Shown here: positions 24,126 to 38,105 of the stretch, piece after piece | How positions within the stretch are numbered: position 1 is the stretch's first letter | Layout of the letters: every line of letters begins with the position of its first letter | From: Entomortierella parvispora E1425 | Taxonomy: Eukaryota; Fungi; Mortierellomycota | Assembly (NCBI GenBank): GCA_020891255.1 | Contig: BQFW01000013.1 | Location: forward strand, 62,001-126,000 | Direction: 5' to 3' | Length of the DNA stretch: 64,000 nucleotides | Notes under the pieces: generated by a model | Told to the model about the DNA's origin: nothing | What the model saw: the letters and a program-made list of their open reading frames with translations, nothing else | The model's database searches: none | Translations under genes and position numbers: made by a program

Positions 24126-25259
24126 TGGTTCCAACTTGCCTATATACCATCCATTTCCTCCTGCATTGTTCTTTTTCTATCATTCTTCTTTTTAGTTGTT
24201 CCTTCCCTAATGTCATTTTCCTCTCGCATTTCTATAAACAAAGCCCTTTCCCAAAAGAGAAAACATGGATGCACGAATCTGTGTGAACGTAAGAAGATAG
24301 ATGAACCAAAAAAAAAAAAAAAAAAAAGAAGCGACACGCGACGCGCTGCTGTGAAACCAAAGAAATGCACGCTTCTGGCTTGCGGGAGTGCGCTGCTGCT
24401 CTGGCACAGACACAGGCACAGGCACAGGCACGGGGATCACGCAGGCACCAGCGAATGTTCGCGTGGATTGATTGGGTCCCACGCGCGAAGGACAGACACG
24501 ATCGAGTTGCAAGAGATCGACAGAACAGGGGCAGGTTCTTCTCTTTTCTTCTTCTTCCGTGGGTGGTGTTGATACGACGGTACGATATGTATTCCGCATC
24601 CCCTGTTCCCATTGTGGCTGTGTGCTGTTTGTTGTGTGTGTGGAAGGGAAGGGGATGTGGCTTTCCCTTTTCTCAAAGTTCAAAATCGATGGAGATTGAT
24701 GCCATGTTGCTCACGCACCATGCACGGGTGTATGTGGTACACATACACATACACACACAACAGTAACAGTTTGACCACGGTATCTTGCGATGGGACAATC
24801 TGGCAGGGTCACTCCACTCTCACTCTGGAAGAAGGAAGACCATCCAAGCTAGCACCAAACAGACACGTTTGCTCTCACTCATCTTTCTCTCTCACTTTGA
24901 ACCGGGACCCATGTCCTCTTTTTCTTTCCTTCTCTTCCATCATCCCCTCATCCCCTCATCCTCTCTTCTCCTTGTCTCATCCCCCCCTCTCCTCTCCTTG
25001 CATCCTTTCCTTCCTTCCTGTCTTCTTTCTGCATCGCTGTGGACACACGCACTCCACCCTTCACTCACCACAGCCACGTTGCGCAGGCAAGCCAGCCAAG
25101 GCAGACACACAGGCCCACAAGCACAGCATACACACACACCCCCTGTGCATCCGTCATCCCTGTCTCATCATCATCTTTCATCATCCTTGACATCTCTCTT
25201 CTTCCTTCATTGCATCATCTGCCATATCCACCTGCGGGTCTCAACCATTTATCCCCCAA

Positions 25260-27979
25260 ATGTGGCAGGATCTTGACCAGGACCACTCCTCGCCCGCCTC
25301 CAACGCTGCCGCCCCCTCGCGTGCATCCGAGCCATCCTCGCCTCGCCCAACTGTTGCTCTCCCATCTTCGGCCATCCCCACGACCTTCTCTGCCAGACCT
25401 GCCTACACCATCGGCACAAAGAGCCACTCGTACTCGACTGACAACCGCAAGTCGGTATCGCTGCTGCAGCCGCTGTCGCTGACACCACCCGCCACACCCG
25501 CTTACATGTCCGAGTCTGAGGACTCTGTAACAGGTCCAAGGACGGTGAGCGAGAGTGGATCCTTGACAACACCGTTGTCGCCCTCTACCCCGGTATCCCC
25601 ACCGCCTTCTTCCACAAGCAAGCGCTCCTCCACTCTCAGTCGTAACTCTAGCCTTCAACGTACCCATGCCACCGCCGAGTCGCCTCCCAAGGCCGCTGGC
25701 CTGACTCTTCTCCCCTCTGGCGGACCAGCCTCATCCAACCTCAGCCGCCACTCGTCGCTTTCCAAGAAGCAGGCAAAGCAGGCCGAGCGCGACTCTGCGG
25801 TGCCCCCCTCCCCTTCCTCGACTCATCTGCCCGGAAGACATGTCATGTTGAACCGTCGAAGTATCTCTCAGGATTTCCAGCTTCGCCTGCAGCAGCAGCA
25901 GCAACGACAGGAGGATCTGGGAGAGGAGCTCTCAGAGGCAGGAGAAGATCAGACCCCCGGAACTCCTACCTCGGTATCCTCGTTCGGTTCTGGCACTATG
26001 ACAAGCAGTGAACGAGATCGGGACAGATCCTTGCCTGGTCGCCCCAACAGGATGAACAGGGTAAGCAGCACTCCCAGGAGTCGGGAAGAAGACAAAGCAA
26101 GGGCAAGCAAGGGCAACCTTTGGGGAAATTACAATTGTCCACTAATCCTCCTTCCTTTCTTCACTCTCCCCTCTTTTTTTTTCGTTTGGGATGATTAGAA
26201 CTCTGTGGCCCTGATCGAAGCCCGAAACACTCAGACGCTGAGCAGCAATCTGGCCATGGTCCAGTCGCCCACCGATAGTGAATTCCCGCAACAGACCAGT
26301 GACGCGCTGTTATCAGTCATTGCACAGAAGGAGGCCAGGATTGCCCAGTTGCGCGAGGATCTGGAAACCAACTTGTCGGAACTCGGACAGCTTAAGGAGC
26401 GCTGGTCCCAGATGATGATCGAAGAACGGTCCAGACAGCAGGCGGAGGCAAGCGCATCGATCCAACAACAGGAGCAGCAACTCTATGGTCATAGCAGCGC
26501 CCATTCTGTCTCTCACCGAATCTCCACCACCGGGGCTGGCATTTGGGGTTCCGTTGTGGGCAGCGTGAGCGGTATCAGCGGCGTCAGTGGAGGTATCAGC
26601 TTGCACCAGATTCATGCCCTTCAGTCCCCAACCCCAGGCTCTCCCTCGACTTCTGCACCGAACGGCCTTGCTAGCGGCCGTACGAGTACCAGCAGTGTTG
26701 GAGGCCGAGGCGAGGGCGGCGTTCAGTCTTCTAGTCGACCTACCAGCCCTCTTCCGACTTATCTCAACGGACTGAACAGCTTGAATGGATTGAATAGTAC
26801 GGGACCATCTTCTGCCAGCGGTGCCGGTGGTCGACGAGGCGACCGTGCCTCACTTTCGTCTCTCTCGACATGCTCTTCCTCTCAGTCCAATGCTGGCGAC
26901 CACCCAAGTGCATTTGAGGCAGGCCATTCCAGTCAAAGCAGCTTCAGCAGTGCGGGACACCCGGATCCTTCCTCTTTGCAGATGCAGCTGCACCGAGATC
27001 AGCAGCGCGAGTCCCGAAAGATGAAGCGAGAATCGAGTGGATTGTTTATACCCCCAGAGGCCGAGGAAGTGCTCGTCAACACAGGACGTGCGCTGTTCAA
27101 GGGCTTTGGATCACTCATTGGAGGAATCCGTACTGTCGTGAACGATGTTGCAGAGTCGGATAGGTAAGATCCCTTTTGTTTTTTGAAGGAGCATCTTGTT
27201 TGGTGGCGCGTGAATCCAGATACAGAGAAAAGCAGCTCATATCCTCTGTGATTTTTGACTCTTTACTTTCCTCTAGGTTCCAACACTCAAGACAGCGAAC
27301 CATGGATATGGTGTCAGGATTGGCACAGACCGCGGCGGATGCGTTGCCCTTGCCCAGCCACGACGATATTTATTACCATCACCAACGACTACGACTCTTG
27401 GATGAAGAGGAGGAGCAACAGCAGCCTACAGAGCAGCAAATACAGCAGCAGCAGGCCAAGGAGCAAAGGCGACGAGAGCGACTCCGAGAGAAGGAACGTC
27501 TTCGACAGCTGGAGAAGGGATCAGACGGGTCGATTGAAGGAGGAGGGTCATCGCCCAAGTCTGGAGGTGTTGCTCGTTCCCCTAGCTTGGTTCGTCGTAC
27601 TAGTCGCCAAAAGTCGTTGAAGGGTGCTTCCTCTAAGGCCAGCCTGGAAAACAACAGCAGTACATTGTCATCCTTGTCCAAGACTGTTTCCCTTCTCGAC
27701 ATTGAGGATGAATCCCAGGAATCCAAATCAGCCTTCAAAGTAGGGATGAGTGCATCTACAGAGGGAGCTTCGGGTGACTGGGAGATGGAGGACAAGGATA
27801 TTTTGGAGAGCCTTGAGGCAGATGTGCGCCGTCAAGAACAAGAAACAGCGAGATCCGGAGAGTCTACAAAGTCGGGATCCGCTTTAGATACCCCCCAACA
27901 GCAGCAACATCATCTTCAGGACGAGGACACAGTTTCGGCTTTGCCCTCCATCAGCCTTGCATTGAAGAAGAACGACTGA
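25260..27979 (+). CDS. Uncharacterised Ser-rich coiled-coil protein, possibly DUF4048/Tda11-like, ~822 aa
   Basis: Exons 25260-26060, 26199-27163, 27277-27979, phases consistent. Coil LLSVIAQKEARIAQLREDLETNLSELGQLKERW resembles fungal DUF4048-containing proteins (from memory, not searched). Confidence 0.65.
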
Positions 27980-29030
27980 AGATTTGGGCCACCACAGACA
28001 CCCATACATACTAAAAAAAAAAGATACATCTTGAAAAAAATAAATAAAACTGTCAAAGCCAAAGAGCGTAGAACCATTCTTGGATAGAAAGGAAGGAATG
28101 CGCGTATCATGTTCTTTACAAGATCCTTCACTCAAATCACGAGGTGGCGAAGGGAACGCGTTCAAAATCGCGAATCCTAGGCACAGCCACCAATCGCCCT
28201 ATCTACCTACTCTCCCTATCCCGATCCGTTTGCCCTCCACCACAGAAAAAAGGAGGCGGAATGCCGGCGCGTGCGTGCTTTCCTCCCAGTTGACTACTGA
28301 ACTTCAGAAAAGCCAAAAAGGGGGGAAGGAGAGGGCACACGAAAAAGCAAAATTCCACTCCCCTCGAACAGGGAAGGTGGATAAACTGCTGGAATGGACG
28401 TCCATACCAAAACCCAAAAAATATACATGTTCCTTGGACGTTCAAGATGTGGTTTTTATTGTGTGCTCCTGCTTTCTTGTTTAGTCGGGTCGGCTGCGAG
28501 GGGGAAAAAGGGAAGAATAAGGAGAGGAAGGAGGGGCAGCAGTGGTTTTTTTTGTGTATCCTCTCCCACATCACCCATCTCCCAGGGTTTTTTTTGTCTC
28601 TTTGGTGCATTGACAGGGGGGGCAATTGAGATGTGAAAGGGGTGTTTTGATGACACCGTCGTGCATTCATCGGCAATTGAGCGGCTGCAGTGCACAGCTT
28701 TGGAGGTTCTTCCAGATTGTGTTCCACTTTGTGCCTCTTCCCCATTCTTATCTTCTTTCAGGGAAGGGAGAGCGAGGGGGACGGATAAATTCTCTCTGTT
28801 GGGGGGAGGGGCTTTGGGGGGGACGCTTTCTATACTTACTCCTGCCAGAGTCCAGACAAATAGACTACCGAGGGCGCGAAGGAAGTGAAAGAAGGAAAGA
28901 GAGGAAATACTAAAATCGAGAACGCCACCCACGCCAGGGACAGCCCGCTAAAGAAAAAAAAAGATTTCGATTGGGCGTTGCGCTCGGTGGATGTGGTGTG
29001 TGTGTTGTGCGTGTTGTAGACTAACATGGG

Positions 29031-29072
29031 TGTTGTTGGATGTTGTTGGATGTTGTTGGATGTTGTTGGATG
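29031..29072. repeat. 10-bp tandem repeat (TGTTGTTGGA)4
   Basis: Direct reading. Confidence 0.95.
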
Positions 29073-32000
29073 AAAGGTTGAGATGACGGATGATTGTTGT
29101 GTGTGTGTTTATTGTTTGGCGTCCCCTTGTCTTGCGCACTAAAGGTCAGCAGGTTTGAGGAGAGGCCAGGTTCAAGTTCAAAGAAAAACGGCACAAACAT
29201 CAATGAATTGCCTTCCATGTGCTTTTTCAGAGTCCAGCTGCAGCAAAATAACAAAGCAGCATGGTGAGCCAAGAGAGCGGACAGGAGAGAGACACACAGA
29301 TAGACAGGCAGGCCTGACCGACAGAGCCAAGGGACAGTTGGGTGGGAGGATTGACGATCGTCCCGTTGCTCACTTTTTTTTTTGTTTTGGAAAAAAGGAA
29401 CGTCGAGAGAGACAGAGACAAAGTAAAAAAAAAGCGCGAGAAAAAAAAAGTAAAGCGCTTCGCTCCCTGAACACAAGGTTCATTCTTGACGGCGTGTAAC
29501 ATTGGGAGCTCAGGAACTGGGAGGGTTGTATACAATTGTTTTCGTACGCAGCCCCCACCTCCACTCGCCCTCCCCCAGCTAACCCTGTTTTATTCATTTT
29601 GTTTTTTTTTGCGATGCACAAACTTGTGCTGCACGCCTGCACAAGGGCAAAAAAAAAAAAAAGAAAACTAAAAAAGCGGGCCATTAAAAAAAATAAAATC
29701 ACTGTGCAAGAAGCAAAATGTGCGATGCCCAGAGATGGGGCGAGGGGGCGAAAGAGGTGTTTCTTTTTTGCCTCGTGTGTGTGGTGCATTGCAGCAAGGG
29801 GTGAAGAGGTGCACGACAGCAAGATGCATTCACCAACTCTCAAAAACAATAGAAAGCAAGCAAGCAATCAACAGGCATGCGCAAACATGAGAAAAAAAAA
29901 GTGAATCGGAAATGAGATACCTCTGCAAAAATTTCTGTCCATGGTCCGATCGATGGGCTGCAGCACAGGTTTGCAGGTTGGGTCCTAATTTCCTTCTCGA
30001 TTATCGACAAGCTCATTCGCCTAGTCGAAGGGAGGAGCCGGCCATGCGGATTGCAGCATGTATCCCACTCATTCGCCCATTGGGTCATTTTGGATGCAGA
30101 GTAGCTAATAAGACCGTGCCTAATTCATGGTTGGCATGCAATTGCGAAGGGCACAGGAAAATATAAACATAAACAAAAATACAAGAGCATCCGATATAAG
30201 ATAGGGTTGTCCGAAGCGGTGTCCAGCTCAGGGTGTTGCTGAGGATAGTGGGGGGTGGAGATGAGAGAAGGAGCATCGGTGATGTGAGCCTGATCACCAT
30301 CTTCCACTCTCAAAAAGGAGACAATCCGGGCCTGTCCACCACTTTGGTCGTTATTTTTCAAGGTTAGGGCGATTTTTTTGTATTTTCTCTTGGAAAGTCG
30401 AGTTGTTCCAATGGATATTTGCTCCGAAGGCCCAGGCCCTTGTACGACGGGTCCATGAACATGGCCTCTCATCCCTTCTCTTTGGTTTCCCTTCATCTTT
30501 CTTCATATGAACTAATTAATCCTTGAAGAAGGTGAAGCAGAACAGAGGAAAAAGAACACGATGCGCTACTGTTTTTTGAAGCTGGAAGGGGAAGTAATTG
30601 GCAAAAAAGAAATGGGATGATCTCTTTTTTTTTGAGAACAGCAGGGCAAAAGAGTGAGATTGGAGCAATGTCCTCAATGGTCCCACTGAGGTTCAACAGG
30701 TTCTGGAAGAACATGAGGAGAATGAACAAAGTGAAATAGGGATGAGATCGATGAGTTTGTTGTGTTTGTTGATGTTGCATGTGTATGTTGATCGATATTC
30801 AGCTCTCGATTGTTCAGTAGTACGCTGCTGGGTGAATATGAATGAATTGCTTGGCTTGCACACGGACTGAGCACACATACACAGACATCCCTTTGTTCTC
30901 TTTCTCCAGCCAAACTCAACCACACCCATGCTCTGCTTACTAACTCTTTGGGTCACTCACAGCCACAGAATAGAACGATAAAACGGATTTTTTTGACGAG
31001 AGCCGCAACAGCAGCAGGGAGATCGAAGAAAGTTTGACTTTGTCTCTTTTGTCCGCAGTTTGTTGTTTTTGTTGTGTTGTTCTTGCGTGGAGTGGGAGCC
31101 AAAGGCGAGGCGCGAATGACAGAGAGCGAGAGAAAAAGGGAAAGAAAAGAGGATGAACTAAACTAGGTGCACCTTCTTGGTCACCGCGCCTGCTGCTACT
31201 GTAGCACTCTCGCCATTTTTTTTTCTTTTTGTTCTCTCGCCCCAAGACCAAAGAGGCGGCGTTTGCCCAGTGCCTCATTCTCTTTTTGCCAAGTTTATTC
31301 CCCGGAGGAATTCAATAATAATTGAACGGGGAATGAACCAGTTTTGCTTCCCTGTTCTTCTTGGCAAATGGCGCTGACCACTCATTTCTCCATCTCGTTT
31401 TCTCTCGCTGGCTAACGAGCGAAGCGATAGTGCTGTGCAGTAAAGTCCATCGGGGGAGGGACCATGACGTTGCATCCTGCATCCAATTGATCAATTGAGA
31501 CAACCACCTTTGCCCCGCTCGGCACTCCATCCGCCCGGCCCTCCTCGCTCAAGACAACTGAACAGGGCAAAAGAGATGACTGAGAATTTGATATTAAAAT
31601 ACAAAGGAACACAGAGACACACAGCCACAGTCTGCAATCCACCCCTCTCTATTCATTCCCGTTTCAATCAGAGAGCAAAGAAACGAAGGAGGAGCATCCA
31701 AACGCGCGCCCACACAGCTCTCTCCCCAGGCAGGAGGGACAACGCGTCCGTCCGTCCATCCGTCATCCCCTGCCTCAGTCCTCAGTGTCTGTCATTCAGT
31801 CCCTGTCTGCCGTCTCTGTCTGTCTCTTTGTCCGATTCAATGGCTGCGTCGGGTCTGCCCGTCGTCCCTGTTTTTCCCATGTTGTTGAGCGTGAGTGTCT
31901 GGTCTGGTTGGTCTTTTTTCAACCTTGTTTGGCCGTCCATGGGCCTAGTCTGGTTCTGCTCCCCTTCTCTTCCCTTTCCTTCTCTTCCCTTCCCTGTTCC

Positions 32001-33190
32001 CTTTCCTCTGGTTTGCGTTGAGGTTGCTATGCTCCACTCTTTCCTTCCTTCTGTCCTCTCGTCCCTTCTTCCTTCCTTCCTTCCTCTTGCCATTCCATCC
32101 ACCCACACGCTCCCATCCTCTTCCTAATCCGTCCTTCCTCGGTCCATTCCTGCTCCACACCCTCGACAGCACAGCAATTAGCATTCACATACAACACGCA
32201 CACACACACACACACCACCACACATTCACATACACTCCACTGCACAGCTGCATCGGACCGTTCCTCTCTACTGGTAATCCCTTCTGCATCATCATCTTCA
32301 TCCTGTCCATTCCCACACTTGTTTTATTTTTTTCGTTTTTTTATATTTATTTTTTTTCACTTTCTACGCACGTCCAAACACAACAGAGTCACCTCCTTCG
32401 CCCCTCCTCTCCTTGATGCGACCTTTGTCAGCCCAGTTGTCTTTCTCTCTTTCTCTCTCTCTGTCTCTCTGTCTCTTTCTCGGTGTTGCTACCATCTTTC
32501 CCTGTTTTACTGCCGTCCTCGCGCTCGCTGACATGTTCACCCGTTTGTTATTTGTTCTGCCCTTCCTTTTGGATCCCTCCCTCTTTTCTTTACCACCCTT
32601 CATTTTTTTTATTCTTTTTACTTTTGCTCCCCAACCCGTCCTCGTGTCAACTCTAGTCCGTATCCAGTCAAACATTGCCTTGAGGCTGTGTTTGGACCTG
32701 GGTCTACATCATTTTGCCCTTTGCCCGTTGTTTTTCCTTCAACTGTATCTAAACAGCCTGCGCCTGAACCCTCTTTTCGTGCGTATCTTCTTGTACGCCT
32801 TTGATCTCACGTTGCCACTGATCCTGCACCCGTCCACTCGTTGTTTTAATACAGCAGTTTTTTTTTGACGACGTTCATATCTCGTCCTGCGGACGTCCCT
32901 TGGTCCCTGTGGCTGAATGGATGCGCGATGCGCGTGGTTTTTGTCGTCCTTTCTTTTCTCTCTGTCTGTCTCTTCCGTGCTCCTCCCTTCTTTGCATCAC
33001 TCCTGGGCCCTCCTGGGTGTCCCCTCGGTCCCATCTTTCGGACTCTCCTCCTGTATTCCACCCCCCATGAGCTTGTTTTTTTTCTCCTCTCTTTCTCTTT
33101 GTTTCTTCAAGTCTCGGCTAATAGCTCTCCTTCTTTGAGGATACGAGAAGCAGCAAGGGAAACAAGAAAGAGACGAAAGAGAGAAAAAAA

Positions 33191-33222
<32 letters not shown>

Positions 33223-34533
33223 AAAAAAGAACGGCCTGGAATCATGTTGGTTCATCCTCTCCATCCCCTTTTCCCTGTCCCGTCTCCTCGCTGACATTCC
33301 CTACCGCCCATCCTCAGATCATAGCCTATCTCTTCGTCATTTATCTCATAAGCAAGGCCCACTCACACGTTTTTTCGCATCTTTGCATCCTCGCAGAAAA
33401 AGAAAAAAAAAAGACAGGATACAACCAAAGGAAGTTGTCGCTAGGGACTCTGTAAAAATAGAAAGGGGACAACATAGCCATCGACCCCCAACGACACATC
33501 CTACGACCTCTTGCAGTCCTCCAGGGGCCTAGCAGAAACGCGCGGCAACAGTAACACCACAACAACAATAGCAGCAGCAGAGCATCGTCATCCCCTCGAA
33601 CGCACGCGAATCAGGAGTTGACCTATGCAATCCACTCCAAACCGTCTAGGTAGGGATAACAAAAAAAAAAGAAGATATGATCCTCAATGCCACCCATTTC
33701 AAGAAACAGGGGGAGAGAGCAAGAAAGAGTGAGCCTTTGTCTCTCTCTCTCCAACTCTACAGTGCAGTGAATCTGCAGACTTGCAGCGGCAGAAGAAGTG
33801 GGTGGATCTTACTGCCTCCCCGCCTCGCCTCCTTCTTTCTTTCTGTCTGTTTGTCTGTCTGCTTGAATGCTTGAATGCCTCAATGCCTCTCTGTCTGCCT
33901 GTCTGTTGTGCCTGTTCTCCTCCCCCCCCCCCCCACGCTCCCTGTCATCTTCTTGTGTGTTTACCCCCCGTCCTGTCCTCTTGCTCCCCCACCCCCTTCT
34001 CCTGGCCCTCTTCCCACTCACCCACCACCACCACTCCCACCCTGTCCTTCTTTCTCTACGTCTCCTTCATTCCCGCACACAACGACGGAATAACAGATAC
34101 GAGAACAGGGACAGGATCGATGGACGTTTTGTGGTCACTTGTTTATTGTTTTTTCATCCTTCTTCCCGTTGTCGTCGCTGTGCGCTGCACCGCCTGCATT
34201 GCACTGACCGCGTCGCACTGCACTGCAACTGCACCGCATCGCAACTCTTGCCGCGCACTGCCCTTCCCCTCCTTCGTCCCCATCCACCCTCCCGTCCTTC
34301 CTTTCCTTTCCTTCTTCCCACGATTGTGAGCTAACCCAAGTCTCCCTTCCGTCATCCCCACGGTAGATCTCCCACAATCCCCTGTCTTCAGACCTCTCGC
34401 CGTGACAATCGCACAGTCTCCCCTGACCCTGTCCTCTTCAAGAGAAGAGTCCCGGTCAGCACCCTTCCACAAGAGGCCCATTGAGGGCTACATAGGCCAC
34501 AGCATCCCTCGATCAGATACCAACTCTACTGCC

Positions 34534-37500
34534 ATGGGCCCAGTCGGTGCCGCAGATCATCCTAGCCACGCAGCCGACAACCAGAGCGACCGTCCCACAG
34601 ACAGGACTCGTTTCCATGCAGTAGGTCAGGATATGGATCAGAGGTCCAAGCAAGGAGGCTTTGTGCATCAGACACAGAGTAACGATCGATACCCCAGCCC
34701 ACGCGACCCACATCATAAAGACAACAGTATGGATGTAGAGGACAGCCTCGGCGACGAGAAAGAAAGGGACGAGGACAGCGAGGAAAATGTGGATGAGCTG
34801 ATGGAAGATTTCGAAGACGAGGGCGATTACCGTCAGGGCATGGGCCCTCACCACAACGGCAACAACAACAACAGCAGCAACAGCAACAGCAGTAGTAACA
34901 ATGCCAACCGCCCTCCCAGTACCTCCTCCCGACCGGGAATTTCTTCGCGTCCCGAGTCAAATGGCAACCAAAGCCAAAAGGACATGCCACGCCACCAATT
35001 CAATAACGGAGACAATGTCAGCAACGGCGACGGGGGTCAGCCACAACAACGCTGGGAATATAGGCCCTTGGGCTCAGAGTCATACGGTCGTCGTCTCAAG
35101 GTAGAAGAGGAAGATCCAATGAACAATTCAGCAGATGGCAACGGGTCCGAAGAAGAAGAGGGTCAAGCCGAGGGTGAAGGTGAAGGTGAAGGTGAAGGTG
35201 AGGGTGAAGGCGAGGGTGAATCGGGCTCTGCTACCAACTCGGGAGTCAACAATGGAAGCAGCAAGAAGAGAACCACGCCTGCAAGGCACAAATGTCCACA
35301 GTGCGACAAGTACTTTACTCGTCCCTTCAACCTAAAGTCGCATCAAAGAACCCATACACAGGAGCGACCCTTTGTCTGTTCTTTTACTCACTGGTAAGGA
35401 ACATGTCTGTCCTTTGACAAGAACCAATGCAGAGATTGAATGTTGACCTTCACTTTTTACCTAACCCTTTCTCCTCCTATAGTGCCCGTGCATTCTCCAG
35501 ACTTCATGACTGCAATCGTCACATGAGAACACATTGGAGAATCAAGCCCTACAGCTGCCCAGAGTGCCACAGGAATTTCGTCCGCCAGGATGCGTTGACG
35601 CGCCACCTGCGATTGGACTTTGGGCACAACAGATGCAGCGGCTATCCAGGACCATCCTCAGGAGCACCGGCAGCCCATGGAAATGACGCGAGGACACCTT
35701 CGCCAGAGGACGGATCTGGTCATTCGAACGATGGAGCGGCGGACCCTTCCAATGGCGGCTCATCATCAGCAATGGATAGGGGTCATGGAGAATCCAACCC
35801 CTCTTCTGCTTTCACGCGGTCCCCCTCGCCCACCTCACCCATGGTGGTGTCACCCACCACCCAAAAACCAAAAGATTCAAAGTCCTCCGTGATGATCCCT
35901 CGTGCGGCACCCAATCTGGCCCCTGCACCTATTGGCATCCACAACCGGATACCTCCCAGAGAAGTTGGAGCGCCTTACCCCCCTCGCGAGTCAGAAAGTC
36001 ACCCTAGATACCCAGGCACGTCAACTGCGCCAATGAGCTTTGTGCACCGAAGTAATACAGCGGATCGACGTGCAGTTACACCTCCAGGTGTCGTGAAGGA
36101 AGAAGCCAACTACCATGGACAGCATTCACGATCTTACTCGCATTCGTCCTACCCTCAAAGCCAGCCACCAAGTGCTGGCCCACATTCTCCTACATCAACA
36201 TTCCCTCCAAGGGCTGGGTCAGGACCAATGGTGATGGGGGGACCTGGTGGCTCGGAGAAGCGACCACTTGTGCCATCGGTGCCAAGACATGCCGCGTCAT
36301 GGTCGCATCAGGGACATCAGGGCCACGAGCCTGTAGAGATCTCCCCGGCAGATTACCCATCACATAGCAGTCCACACTCTCGTCAGTCTGTCGATGGAGG
36401 ACCTTTGGCCGCTGGACGGTACCCCGAAGGTTCTTACGCGCCCGATCAGCATCGACCCACCTCTCGACCAAGACTGATGCACTCTCAGTCAGACTATCCA
36501 GCACCTGGACAGGATACGAAGCGTCCTTCACCAACCTCGCCGCGGTCAGAATGGCCCCCTCAACGCGCAGGATCGGATGGCACCGGACCATGGGGACCAG
36601 AGCATCAACAACGACCCCAAGATACACGTATGCGTCATCCAAGCTGGTCTTCACCCTCGACGGGTCGAGGTCCTCCATCATCATCGTATCCTCCAGATCA
36701 TACCGCGCCCTCATCTATGCCACCCCCTCGCACCATGACCATGGACGCGTGGCATCGTAGCGGAGGCGGCGCTTCCTACCCTCCTCATGATAATCGAGGA
36801 GAACAGCCAAGCCCGCGTGAGATGGTTGGAGGTGAAGGTCCCAGTCGCGCCATGAGTCGTCCCCTCTCCAGCTACGGAGCTCCACCACCACAATACCTAA
36901 ACGACCCTAATGGTCGCGAGTCATTGCCACCATCGGGCTATCCTTCAGGACCACCACCACCTCCTAATTCGGATCCCATGCCTAGAGCGAGTTCCAATGG
37001 TCGTCGTTCAGAGTCTGAACGGGAACCGATGCGCCGGTCCACAACAGAGTTTGATCGTTCCCGACCTCCTGTGAGTCCCTGGGGCCCTGGTGGCAGTGGT
37101 GGCGACCAGCGTTCAAGATCATATCAGCAGGATCCAGTGGACCCTCGAGGAGTGAGCAGGCACGAGGCCTATGGGAGAGAGAAAGGATTTATTCCAAGGC
37201 CTTTTGATGGGCCTGGCCCTCCACCTTCCTCTAATGGTACACCTGCAGCTTCAGGAGCGCTACCTCCTAATGAGCGTGGACATGCCTATGGAGCAGGAGG
37301 CATGGTCGGAGTCGAAAGAGTACCCTCTCGAACCAATTCCTACCATGAGCGGGAGCCGTCTCGTGAAGGAATCCCTGGCAAGGATGGAATCAATGGAGGA
37401 GATCCAAGAGAGTACATGCCAACACGGTCCTACAGCTCTATGGATTACGAGACAGAAAAGAGATCTCAAGAACGCCAGGTGAGATACGGAGGTGGTGCAC

Positions 37501-37830
37501 CCCTGCCACCCAAGGTCATGACACGCGACCTTCATCGGCGGTCCATGTCCCCTCCTTCACAACGCACGCCAACGACAGCAGAAAGTCCAAGATACCACTA
37601 TTCTGCAGGCAGTGGTCACGGACCTACGGATTCGTTTGGACGGGAAGAGATGTCTTCCTCTTTCCGTTCTGTGCGTCCACCTCCACCTCATCATGAACCA
37701 GCATCCCCTCGGGGCCGAGAGGACTTTGGCCGTGATCAAGGAGGATACTTTGGAGAGGCTGGTTCACGTTCTGGACCCCCCACGCCCTATGGCTCTGCAC
37801 CTTATTCATACCCTCCAGGATCGGCAGCGT

Positions 37831-37874
<44 letters not shown>

Positions 37875-38105
37875 GGCGTTCCAGCCATGTATAGCCGTCG
37901 ACTAGCTGATGGACTCCCTTCACAGCAACAGCAGCACCATCACGATCCCAACGGTATGCGTCGGGATCGTGGCTCGATTGATATGGCCATGGTGGCACCC
38001 TTGTCGATTTCGACGCCTCCTGGACCAGGAGGACCGCCTCCTATGTCGGCCAAGCGGCCTCCTCTTCCTCTGCTCCATAACCAACCAGTCAAACTTGAAA
38101 ATTAA
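34534..38105 (+). CDS. C2H2 zinc-finger transcription factor, three Crz1-like fingers; true start may lie upstream
   Basis: Exons 34534-35393 and 35483-38105. [61 protein letters not shown]. The frame is open back to 34330. Confidence 0.88.
35170..35220 (+). repeat. Coding hexamer repeat (GARGGY)n encoding EGEGEG
   Basis: Direct reading within the C2H2 TF. Confidence 0.9.
37833..37871 (+). repeat. Pure (CAG)13 polyglutamine tract
   Basis: Direct reading within the C2H2 TF. Confidence 0.9.
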
